Origin: an uncultured Candidatus Saccharibacteria bacterium
GTDB taxonomy: Bacteria; Patescibacteriota; Minisyncoccia; Phycocordibacterales; GCA-2401445
Direction: 5' to 3'
Length of the DNA stretch: 64,000 nt
Assembly: GCA_964436015.1 (NCBI GenBank)
Contig: CAYTAR010000002.1
Location: 73,521-137,520, forward strand
Under the pieces are notes generated by a model. The model was not told where the DNA came from and searched no databases. It saw only the letters and a list, made by a program, of their open reading frames with translations. Of this stretch, positions 37,428-45,471 are shown in pieces. Both the position numbers and the translations under genes were made by a program. Every line of letters begins with the position of its first letter. The first letter of the stretch is position 1.

Positions 37428-37919
37428 ATGAGTACAGAAAAGTACAAACGGCCTTCATGGGATGAGTATTTCATGAGATTGGTAAAAGAGGTGGGTTCGC
37501 GAGCAACGTGTGATCGTGGAAGATCAGGTTGTGTTGTTACTCGTGACCGAAGAATTCTTTCAACTGGGTACGTTGGAGCTCCGGCTGGGTGCAAGGATTG
37601 TGATGAGGTTGGTCATGAAATGCATTCAGTGACACATCCGAACGGGAAGCAATCTCAACATTGCATTCGCACGAGTCATGCGGAGGCAAATGCAATAGCG
37701 CTCGCGGCACGTAACGGCGTTATGTTAGATGGTGCGACACTTTATTGCAACATGACACCGTGCTATGCGTGCGCAAAAGTGATTATCAATGCTGGAATTG
37801 TGAGAGTGATTGTTCGGACTGACTACCATGCAGGGGAGAGAAGTAAGGAAATTTTCAAGGAAGCCGGTATTGATTTTGAAATAGTTGAAGGGGGAATGGA
37901 AACGTATGAAAATCAATAA
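37428..37919 (+). CDS. dCMP deaminase (cytidine/deoxycytidylate deaminase family)
   Basis: Zinc-binding HAEANAI...PCYACAKVI motifs. Confidence 0.8.
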   Translation: MSTEKYKRPSWDEYFMRLVKEVGSRATCDRGRSGCVVTRDRRILSTGYVGAPAGCKDCDEVGHEMHSVTHPNGKQSQHCIRTSHAEANAIALAARNGVMLDGATLYCNMTPCYACAKVIINAGIVRVIVRTDYHAGERSKEIFKEAGIDFEIVEGGMETYENQ

Positions 37920-37922
37920 GAT

Positions 37923-38237
37923 ATGATAGATATAAAAAAACTACAGAAGGAAGTTTTTCAAAATAAGATTGATAAAGGTTTCAATACTACTGATGTTGCG
38001 CTTGAGTTTTGTCGTGCGCATGAAGAGCTCTCTGAAGCATTTAAAAAGTACAATCAAAAAGAAGAAGGGGTTGCTGAGGAGCTTGCTGATGTGGCAATTT
38101 TTCTACTTGGCATGGCAGAAATGCTTGGGTATGATCTTGAAGACGAATTAGTAAAAAAGGTTGAAATAAATAAAAAACGTAAGTACAAACTTACCAACGG
38201 GGTCTTTGTAAGAGAAAAAACTGAACAGGATCCTTAG
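37923..38237 (+). CDS. MazG-like nucleotide pyrophosphohydrolase (small, single-domain)
   Basis: A ~100-aa all-helical protein with EELSEA...EELADVAIFLL, as in the MazG/NTP-PPase family. Confidence 0.55.
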   Translation: MIDIKKLQKEVFQNKIDKGFNTTDVALEFCRAHEELSEAFKKYNQKEEGVAEELADVAIFLLGMAEMLGYDLEDELVKKVEINKKRKYKLTNGVFVREKTEQDP

Positions 38238-38244
38238 AGTCCGT

Positions 38245-39087
38245 TCACACAATCATCTCTGCTTTAATTGGTTCGTGGTGCTGGTAGTTTTCAAGCTTGA
38301 TGTCATCCATTGTGAACGCATCTATGTCAGTAATCTCTGGATTGAGCCAGAGTGTCGGAGGTGGGTATGGTTTTCGGGACAACTGCTCTTTTACCGCGTC
38401 AAAGTGTTCATGGTAGATGTGAGCGTCGTTTAGAGTGAGAATGCATTCATGTGCTTTTTTCCCGGTTACCTGCGCTACCATTGCGAGTAGGAGTGCGTAA
38501 GAAGCGATATTGAATGGAACTCCCAAGAACATATCACAACTTCTCTGTATCATGTGGAGCGAGAGTTTGTCTCCATCAACAAAAAACTGAAACATCATGT
38601 GGCATGGGGGGAGTGCCATATCGTCCATCTCTCCTGGGTTGAATGCGGTAACGAGAAGTCTTCGGTCGTACGGGTCTGTTTTTATTTTGTTAATAACATT
38701 CGCAATCTGGTCAACTGTTGTTCCGTCAGGTTTCTTCCATTTTCTCCACTGAACACCATACACTCGACCTAAATCCCCCTCAGACTGAGCTTTTGGCTTC
38801 CAATAGTCTGATTCTGCATTTGCAGTCCAGATGGTTGTGTCTTTACCAACGAGCTTCTTCAGGTCATTGTCATTCATGCGGTCTTTATCTCCCCCTGCTT
38901 GAAGGAACCACAGTAGCTCGCTTTTTACTCCTTTGAACGCTAGTTTTTTGGTGGTTACTGCGGGGAAACCGTCCTCTAAATTAAAACGCATTTGGATGGC
39001 GAATAATGCTCGAGTCATAGCATTTCTCGTTTGTCGGTCGTGACCTTCCTCAAGAATGCGCGCAAGTACATCGTTGTAGATTTTCAT
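38245..39087 (-). CDS. thyA: Thymidylate synthase
   Basis: Conserved ThyA motifs: LPPCHMMFQF with the active-site Cys, and RSCDMFLGVPFNIASYALL. Confidence 0.9.
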   Translation of the reverse strand: MKIYNDVLARILEEGHDRQTRNAMTRALFAIQMRFNLEDGFPAVTTKKLAFKGVKSELLWFLQAGGDKDRMNDNDLKKLVGKDTTIWTANAESDYWKPKAQSEGDLGRVYGVQWRKWKKPDGTTVDQIANVINKIKTDPYDRRLLVTAFNPGEMDDMALPPCHMMFQFFVDGDKLSLHMIQRSCDMFLGVPFNIASYALLLAMVAQVTGKKAHECILTLNDAHIYHEHFDAVKEQLSRKPYPPPTLWLNPEITDIDAFTMDDIKLENYQHHEPIKAEMIV

Positions 39088-39131
39088 ACTGTAATTCTAT
39101 CATTTTTAAGATAAGAATTCATTTGTTCTGA

Positions 39132-39767
39132 GTGTGGTACTATAAAGGGATGAAAAAAGGTTTATTTATCGTCATAGATGGGTGCGAAGGGGCAGGAAAG
39201 AGCTCAATGATTGAGGTATTAAAAACTCACTTTTCGGATACCAAGTTTCTTTTTACTCGTGAACCAGGAGGGTCTCCCTTTGCTGAACAGATTCGCTCAC
39301 TCATGTTGTCTCCAGAGGCAAAAGATGCAAGTGCCGAGACACAGTTCGGACTCGTGTGGGGGGCTCGACATGATCATTTGATGAAGACAGTTAAACCTGC
39401 ACTCGCACGTGGAATGCATGTGGTGTGTGACCGGTTTGATTCTTCTACGTACGCGTACCAGATACACGGGCAAGGAGGATCTCACCTGAAAGAATATTTC
39501 TGGACGACGCGAGATGTGTATTTGGGGGATTTAGTTCCCGACATGTATGTCTTCTTTGATGTGGACCCGTCGGTTGGTATTGAACGAGTAAAGGGAAGAA
39601 AAGATGACCGGACTCATTTTGATGAACGAAACTTAGCATTCCATACTTCGGTACGGAATGGATTTAAAGAGTTTTTGACGCAAGTACCAAGTATCGTTAT
39701 AAATGCAAATAAAACACAAGAAGAAGTGAAGGAGAGTTTCATCAAAGAAATAACCGCAATTCTTTAG
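39132..39767 (+). CDS. tmk: Thymidylate kinase
   Basis: P-loop IVIDGCEGAGKSS. The start is uncertain: GTG at 39132 or ATG at 39150. Confidence 0.85.
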   Translation: MWYYKGMKKGLFIVIDGCEGAGKSSMIEVLKTHFSDTKFLFTREPGGSPFAEQIRSLMLSPEAKDASAETQFGLVWGARHDHLMKTVKPALARGMHVVCDRFDSSTYAYQIHGQGGSHLKEYFWTTRDVYLGDLVPDMYVFFDVDPSVGIERVKGRKDDRTHFDERNLAFHTSVRNGFKEFLTQVPSIVINANKTQEEVKESFIKEITAIL

Positions 39768-39768
39768 T

Positions 39769-40191
39769 ATGCAATTACGGGTTAAAAAATTAGATACTGA
39801 TGCACGCCTGCCTCTGTACGCGCACAAAGGAGATGCGGGTATGGATTTGTTTGCACTTGAAGAAACGGTGCTGCTACCACATACGCAAGTATCTATACGC
39901 ACAGGTATTGCGTTTGAAATACCAGAGGGGTATGTCGGGCTCATTTGGGATAAAAGCGGGCTTTCACACAAGCATGGACTGAAAACATTTGGTGGGGTAG
40001 TGGATGCCGGATACCGTGGAGAGATATCAGTAGGTATTATGAATCTTTCGGATACACCATATGTTTTTGAGAAGGGGCATAAAATAGCCCAGATGTTGAT
40101 TCAGCCGGTTGTATCGGCTAGTATTGTTGAGTCAGATACACTCTCTGATTCATCACGAGGAGAAGGAGGGTTTGGTAGTACGGGAAAATGA
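39769..40191 (+). CDS. dut: dUTP diphosphatase
   Basis: dUTPase motifs AGMDL, RSGL-like (KSGLSH), GVVDAGYRGEI and the C-terminal GGFGSTG. Confidence 0.85.
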   Translation: MQLRVKKLDTDARLPLYAHKGDAGMDLFALEETVLLPHTQVSIRTGIAFEIPEGYVGLIWDKSGLSHKHGLKTFGGVVDAGYRGEISVGIMNLSDTPYVFEKGHKIAQMLIQPVVSASIVESDTLSDSSRGEGGFGSTGK

Positions 40192-41894
40192 AGAAAGAGC
40201 TTATACAACATATTACAGAAGTATTAGTGTCGCTCGGAGTGGGTGATGTTGGTGCTGTCGTACTTGAACGACCCCAAGACATAATGCATGGGGACTGGGC
40301 TACTAATGTTGCGCTCGTCTATGCAAAACAAGTTAAAAAAATTCCAGCAGTATTCGCGCGCGAAATTGTAGAAGCGCTCACTGAAAGAAAAATCTCAAAT
40401 GTAAAAAGCATTTCAGTTGCAGGGCCGGGGTTTATCAATATCATGTTAGAACCTGCGTACTATAATGCGCGTTTGAGTAGTTTGCTTGCCGAGGGGGATT
40501 CATTTGGAAACACTGATGTATACCAAGGTGAGAAGGTAATGGTTGAGTATACTGATCCAAATCCATTCAAAGTTTTTCATATAGGGCACCTGATGAATAA
40601 TGCAATTGGCGAGTCGCTCGCATGCGTAACGGAAGCAGGTGGTGCGGAGGTGGTACGGGCAAACTACCAAGGGGATGTAGGACTGCATGTAGCAAAAGCA
40701 ATATGGGGCATGCGACAAAACAAACTCGCGTTTCCACATGATACAGACGATTTACATACAAAGATGCGTTTTGTGAGTGATGCGTACGTATTGGGTGCTT
40801 CACGGTACGAAGAAGATGAACTGGCAAAAAAAGAAATTGATGTCATTAACCGAGAGGTGTACTCACGAGAAAATGATGATACCAATGTATATTACGATAA
40901 AGGGCGTTCGTGGAGTTTGGAGCATTTTGAGGAAGTATACGTGCTCCTTGGAACTACTTTTGACCGCTACTATTTTGAAAGTGAAGTCGCAGAAAAAGGT
41001 GTATCTATCGTTCGTGCAAATATGGGGAGTGTATTTGAAGAAAGTAACGGTGCGATTATTTACCGTGGTGAAAAACATGGACTCCATACGAGGGTATTTA
41101 TTAATTCCCAAGGCCTTCCCACGTATGATGCGAAAGATATTGGTCTCACCTGGACTAAGGAAGAGGGGTATGATCTCACGCGGTCAATTGTAGTGACTGC
41201 GGATGAGCAGAGAGAGTACTACAAGGTACTTATGGCAGCAATCGGTGACATTGATCCAAAAGTCGCAAAAAAAATGGTTCACATCACACACGGTATGATG
41301 CAGGGACCAGACGGAAGCAAGCTCTCTTCCCGAAAAGGAACGGCACTCACCGGTGTGTCGCTTATTGAAGAGGTAAAAGCACTCGTATATGAGAAGCTCA
41401 AAGAGCGGGAGATGAGTGAGGAAGAAAAAAAACGGGTTGCAGAATACGTAGCAGTGGGTGCGGTAAAGTATTCAATTCTCCGCGCTAAAACAAGCAGTGA
41501 CATTGCATTTGATTTTGACCGTTCTATTTCTTTTGAGGGAGATTCTGGTCCTTACTTACAGTACACAGCTGTGCGTGCTCGCTCACTGCTTCAAAAGGCG
41601 CACTCTCTATACCCAGGAGTGTACGTGCCAGAGTATAGGGAGAGTGAGAGGACTCTCCACCTTTTACTTGATAGGTATGAGGAAGTAGTAACGCGCTCAC
41701 AGAGAGAGTTTCAGCCACATTACATTGCCACTTTCGCGATAGAGCTCGCGAGTGCTTTTAATGCTTTTTATTCAAATAATAAGATACTACATACTCCCGA
41801 GGCATCTTCTCGCCTCGCGCTTGTTTTTGTTACGGAGAGAACACTCACGCATGCGCTCAAACTTCTTGGTATACGAGTTCCCGACAAGATGTAG
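40188..41894 (+). CDS. argS: Arginyl-tRNA synthetase
   Basis: HIGH motif (FHIGHLMN). The C-terminal anticodon-binding DALS-type region has GPYLQYTAVRARS. Length and architecture are typical of ArgRS. Confidence 0.8.
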   Translation: MKKELIQHITEVLVSLGVGDVGAVVLERPQDIMHGDWATNVALVYAKQVKKIPAVFAREIVEALTERKISNVKSISVAGPGFINIMLEPAYYNARLSSLLAEGDSFGNTDVYQGEKVMVEYTDPNPFKVFHIGHLMNNAIGESLACVTEAGGAEVVRANYQGDVGLHVAKAIWGMRQNKLAFPHDTDDLHTKMRFVSDAYVLGASRYEEDELAKKEIDVINREVYSRENDDTNVYYDKGRSWSLEHFEEVYVLLGTTFDRYYFESEVAEKGVSIVRANMGSVFEESNGAIIYRGEKHGLHTRVFINSQGLPTYDAKDIGLTWTKEEGYDLTRSIVVTADEQREYYKVLMAAIGDIDPKVAKKMVHITHGMMQGPDGSKLSSRKGTALTGVSLIEEVKALVYEKLKEREMSEEEKKRVAEYVAVGAVKYSILRAKTSSDIAFDFDRSISFEGDSGPYLQYTAVRARSLLQKAHSLYPGVYVPEYRESERTLHLLLDRYEEVVTRSQREFQPHYIATFAIELASAFNAFYSNNKILHTPEASSRLALVFVTERTLTHALKLLGIRVPDKM

Positions 41895-41935
41895 ACAAAA
41901 TATATTTTTTATGGTATATCTCTCTTCAGAGTACC

Positions 41936-42322
41936 ATGAAAAAGAAAAAGTTATTTGCTCCAAATTGGGAGGTAATTCACCGGACGACTTTATCACGCCT
42001 TGCGTATGCAGTGAGGACTCACAGGATGAGCGAGGAGCAGGCGGGAATTATCCGTGATGCACTTTCGCTCACCAGTGCAGATGGGTTTTACCTACACGTT
42101 CAGCTCACTTATGAGAATGAGTGCGCATACAAGGAAATTCTTTCTCCAATGCGTAAACGTTTGGAGGATGTAAAACAACTGCTCGTAGTAGGGGCAGACA
42201 AAGAAGTCATTGCGCGAATTGTGGTCAGTTTGGAAGGTGATTGTACTGCGGTACGTGTATTTCATAACCGTGTATTCAAGAAAGGAGGTGAGACATATGC
42301 AACCGGTGGAGATGTTTCTTAA
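41936..42322 (+). CDS. Hypothetical protein
   Basis: An ORF with no recognisable motifs. It overlaps the next gene by 26 nt. Confidence 0.35.
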   Translation: MKKKKLFAPNWEVIHRTTLSRLAYAVRTHRMSEEQAGIIRDALSLTSADGFYLHVQLTYENECAYKEILSPMRKRLEDVKQLLVVGADKEVIARIVVSLEGDCTAVRVFHNRVFKKGGETYATGGDVS

Positions 42323-42593
42323 TCCGGGCACACTTTCTCCCGATGGAATTAAGCTCGTGCAGGGGTTTATTGACCGCCATCAATTATCCACTCGGGCGAT
42401 TGTGGAGCTCTGCTTGTTGTTTGAAGATATCAACTCGCGCTACATTACCATTGATGATGTACTCTCTACGTGGAGGTGCTACGGACTGCACGATTGGGCG
42501 TATGACGACTTCGCAGACGTGAGGTGGGGAATATGTCAATGTGTGCTGGTGTATCAGCGCCTCATGAAGCTTCATCGTGAACGGGATACGTGA
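42297..42593 (+). CDS. Hypothetical protein
   Basis: ATG at 42297 preceded by a strong RBS, aggaggtg. The track ORF extends to 42210. Confidence 0.4.
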   Translation: MQPVEMFLNPGTLSPDGIKLVQGFIDRHQLSTRAIVELCLLFEDINSRYITIDDVLSTWRCYGLHDWAYDDFADVRWGICQCVLVYQRLMKLHRERDT

Positions 42594-42621
42594 CGAGTAT
42601 CTTTAATAAAGGGTAAGTCTC

Positions 42622-42658
42622 TAAACGCTCGGTGGTACACCGAGCGTTTTTATTTTTT
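42622..42658 (+). terminator. Rho-independent terminator
   Basis: Hairpin aaacgctcgg-tggtaca-ccgagcgttt followed by a T-run. Confidence 0.7.
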
Positions 42659-42728
42659 ACCAAAGCTTTATCAAGGTTTAACCTCGCTATAAAACCTCGG
42701 TATAGTGTGTGCATATTACCACGAAATA

Positions 42729-42757
42729 TTGACAATCACTATATTTAGGTGTATAAT
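42729..42757 (+). promoter_or_regulatory. Consensus sigma70 promoter TTGACA-17-TATAAT upstream of the DGR target gene
   Basis: TTGACA at 42729-42734, exact 17-nt spacer, TATAAT at 42752-42757. Confidence 0.5.
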
Positions 42758-42892
42758 TTATAATAAAGTTCTTTGATAGAAATTGCGAGTTCGCTACAGC
42801 AGAAAGTACCTTAAATATTAAGGTTTTCTCCGCTGTGGCGAAGAGTCCAGCAAACTAACCAATATCCCTGAAAGGATACTAACCAAGAAAGG

Positions 42893-43618
42893 GTGACAAC
42901 GATGAAAAATCCATCGATTGCATCAGACAGTGAAGTCAGTGATGGTCAAATCGAAACCTGCGTGACTTTGGTCACCGATGCTACGCGCAAAGGGACAGGC
43001 GCCGCACTCCGCGAACTTGTCAAGAACGGTGTTCTCAACAAACAGAACATTGAACGTGTGCGAGCGCGCGGTAACGAGGTGGTCGCCGAGATCACGAGGA
43101 TCGTGAAGGAAAAGTTTGCAGAAATCGCCGAAAATATCGCTGGTATCGTCAAGCTCATCTCCGGCGCGGAAACCCTTGAACTCGACGAAACGGATGGGAA
43201 TGCAACCATTGCGAAAGCGAAGGATACCTTTCCTGGCTGGATTGATTCCGACTTCAAGGAATACGGTTGCGATGTAAAATCGGAACCTACCAAAAAGGTA
43301 CAGGTTTCCGTCCACGAGATGATCAAGGACGGCACCTTCGCCCAGATCTTTAACGGCATGAGTGACGACTTGAACAAACTCGTTATGACTCAACCGCAGA
43401 TCATTCAGTTCGTGCAGAAACACCGCAAGTGGCTCCGCACGGAAGGGTGTGGGAACTTCTTCCTCTTCAAGGTTGGAAATGAGCTCTTCGTTGCGTACGT
43501 GCGCTTCCGCGACGACGGGCGGCTCGAGGTCCGCGTGCGCCGCTTCTCGTGCGGCCGCGTCTGGCGCGCCGGGCGCCGTCTTCGCGTCGTGGTCCCGCAA
43601 CTGGCACTTGCAAATTAG
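42893..43618 (+). CDS. DGR target (variable) protein; VR occupies the last ~40 codons
   Basis: GTG at 42893, or more likely ATG at 42902 with an aagaaaggg RBS. No signal peptide. The C-terminal segment (VAYVRFRDDGRLEVRVRRFSCGRVWRAGRRLRVVVPQL) corresponds codon for codon to the TR-encoded VANVNFNDDRQLKVNVNRFSNDNVWNAENRHRIVVPKL. Confidence 0.6.
   Translation: MTTMKNPSIASDSEVSDGQIETCVTLVTDATRKGTGAALRELVKNGVLNKQNIERVRARGNEVVAEITRIVKEKFAEIAENIAGIVKLISGAETLELDETDGNATIAKAKDTFPGWIDSDFKEYGCDVKSEPTKKVQVSVHEMIKDGTFAQIFNGMSDDLNKLVMTQPQIIQFVQKHRKWLRTEGCGNFFLFKVGNELFVAYVRFRDDGRLEVRVRRFSCGRVWRAGRRLRVVVPQLALAN
43484..43603 (+). repeat. DGR variable repeat (VR)
   Basis: Aligned base by base with 43920-44039. 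93 of 120 positions are identical. All 27 mismatches fall where the TR has A: A->G x15, A->C x9, A->T x3. The segment is locally GC-rich. Confidence 0.85.
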
Positions 43619-43919
43619 CCTTGAGCCTTTGTCTCTCAGTCCCTCTGACCCTTGTCAAAATTTATTTTGGCAAATCAGGGGGATTTTTGTATACTGAAAC
43701 GGCACGCATGAATGTACGGTGGCTATGGCTCCCGTGCCACGCTTGTGAAAAAATACATTCGAGAATTCTGCCGGACATGTTTTGCGGAAGAGTGGGTGTA
43801 TTTTTATCTAAACAAAAAATAATCAGTTGGTGTAGCGAACTGGAGGACTTCAATGTCCCGAATACTATTCAACCTGTCCTGATTGGGCTGGTGGTGTGCC
43901 GGATGGTTCGCTGCACATT

Positions 43920-44039
43920 ATCTTCGTTGCGAACGTGAACTTCAACGACGACAGGCAGCTCAAGGTCAACGTGAACCGCTTCTCGAACGACAACGTCTGG
44001 AACGCCGAGAACCGTCATCGCATCGTAGTCCCGAAACTG
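43920..44039 (+). repeat. DGR template repeat (TR)
   Basis: A-rich, with AAC codons. Of its 33 adenines, 27 are substituted in the VR. It is non-coding; the track ORFs over it are spurious. Confidence 0.85.
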
Positions 44040-44054
44040 TCATTTCTCTCATCA

Positions 44055-44423
44055 TTATTTGGTGAGAGTTTTGTTGAGTGTTGATTTGGTAGAGGGACTT
44101 TGGAGGCCTTTGCGCCATCCGCCAAGCATTCGTCCTATTTCTTCTAACTTTTCGGAAAGCTCGGTATATTTATCGGTAGGAATTAGCTTGTTTTCCCATG
44201 CTAGTTGATAAAAGAATTTAAGAGTATCTACCTTCGTTATGGTTCGGCCAAGCATAACTATCTTGGCTTCAGGTGGCAGATAGATGCAGGCAAAACTGAA
44301 TTCCAAAGTATCTAAGAATAGGTTCTCGATCTTTTGCCCAATACCGAGACGTTCGACTCTCGGGAAGTTTCTATGAATAGCTAACCAGGATTGGTATACC
44401 TCCTTTTCCTTTAGAATTACCAC
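44055..44423 (-). CDS. Avd-like accessory variability determinant (four-helix-bundle protein)
   Basis: 122 aa. The pattern (FPRVERLGIGQKIENLFLDTLEFSFA...KVDTLKFFYQLAWENKLIPTDKYTELSEKLEEIGRMLGGW) resembles the four-helix-bundle/S23-intervening-sequence family that contains DGR Avd. It is encoded on the opposite strand to the TR and RT. Confidence 0.5.
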   Translation of the reverse strand: MVILKEKEVYQSWLAIHRNFPRVERLGIGQKIENLFLDTLEFSFACIYLPPEAKIVMLGRTITKVDTLKFFYQLAWENKLIPTDKYTELSEKLEEIGRMLGGWRKGLQSPSTKSTLNKTLTK

Positions 44424-44463
44424 TGGAGAACTGCGGGGGGGGGTATGTCATAGTCATTTTTTT

Positions 44464-45456
44464 ATGAAAAATAAGGGAGTTACGTACAACCATATCATAT
44501 CTCTCAAAAATATCCACGAAGCATGGTGTGAATTTGTGTCTGGTAAAAAATATAAAAAAGATGTAGCAGAATTTCTGCTCAAACTATCAGAGAACACCTA
44601 TAAACTCCATATTGATTTGAAAAATAAAATATATGTCCACGGACCGTATGAAGCATTTGCAGTTAATGATCCGAAACCTCGCAGTATTCATAAAGCGAGT
44701 GTACGAGACCGCTTGCTTCATCATGCTCTCTATCGACAGCTCTATCCATACTTTGATCAAAAATTTATTTATGATTCCTATTCCTGTCGTGATTTCAAGG
44801 GAACTCATCGGGCACTGGACCGCTTCATGCAATTTGGCCGCAAGGTTTCAAAGAGTAACAAGTGCACTTGTTGGGTGTTGAAGTGTGATGTGCGAAAGTT
44901 CTTTGCTTCAGTGGATCATGTGGTACTCATGACGATACTTAAAAAGCATATTTTTGACTCCAATATTATAAGCCTTGTTAGTAGGGTAGTGGAGAGTTTT
45001 AAGAGTACTGGTCCAGGAAAGGGTTTACCCCTCGGCAACCTTACATCACAGCTCCTAGTTAATGTCTACATGAACGAATTTGACCAGTTTATGAAGCATG
45101 AAATAAAAACTAAATACTACATAAGGTATGCTGATGATTTTATTATTATGAGCAGGGATAGGGATTTTTTAAAGAAATTGATCCCTCAGATATCTAAGTT
45201 TTTGAATGAGAGATTAAAGCTTTCCTTGCATCCTGATAAGGTTTTTATAAAGTCGTTATCATCGGGAGTTGATTTTTTAGGTTGGGTCCATTTTCCAGAT
45301 CATAGGGTATTGAGGACGAGTACCAAAAAGAGAATGTTTAGGAATTTGATAGCAAAAGAAGCTAAAAAAGAAACTGTACAGTCGTATCTCGGGTTACTGA
45401 AGCATGGAAATACAAGGAAGTTGGAAAATTATATTAGAAATAGTTTTTTACCATAA
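44464..45456 (+). CDS. DGR reverse transcriptase
   Basis: RT motifs: VLKCDVRKFFASVDH (motif A region), GLPLGNLTSQLLVNVYM, and YIRYADDFIIM (YADD catalytic motif). At 330 aa it is typical of DGR RTs. Confidence 0.85.
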   Translation: MKNKGVTYNHIISLKNIHEAWCEFVSGKKYKKDVAEFLLKLSENTYKLHIDLKNKIYVHGPYEAFAVNDPKPRSIHKASVRDRLLHHALYRQLYPYFDQKFIYDSYSCRDFKGTHRALDRFMQFGRKVSKSNKCTCWVLKCDVRKFFASVDHVVLMTILKKHIFDSNIISLVSRVVESFKSTGPGKGLPLGNLTSQLLVNVYMNEFDQFMKHEIKTKYYIRYADDFIIMSRDRDFLKKLIPQISKFLNERLKLSLHPDKVFIKSLSSGVDFLGWVHFPDHRVLRTSTKKRMFRNLIAKEAKKETVQSYLGLLKHGNTRKLENYIRNSFLP

Positions 45457-45471
45457 AAATGTTAAAATGGA

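Larger units (their letters stand above)
42893..45456 (+). mobile_element. Diversity-generating retroelement (target gene with VR, TR, Avd-like gene, reverse transcriptase)
   Basis: The VR/TR pair of 120 bp each differ only at TR adenines. The adjacent RT has a YADD motif. An Avd-like four-helix-bundle gene is present. Confidence 0.85.

Noticed and set aside
37412-37594. Long form of the folA ORF (223 aa) starting at 37594
   Set aside because: DHFR homology begins at the internal Met (MNTPIISAIVALG). The extension would overlap the dCMP deaminase gene on the other strand.
42923-43600. 225-aa and 143-aa minus-strand ORFs, plus Arg-rich + strand ORFs (43449-43697, 43549-43938) around the DGR VR/TR
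   Set aside because: The GC-rich VR and the stop-poor TR create long open frames. They overlap the target gene or the non-coding TR and have no start context or motifs.
43883-44084. Small + strand ORFs covering the template repeat
   Set aside because: The TR is the non-coding RNA template of the DGR. Its openness merely mirrors the target reading frame it was copied from.
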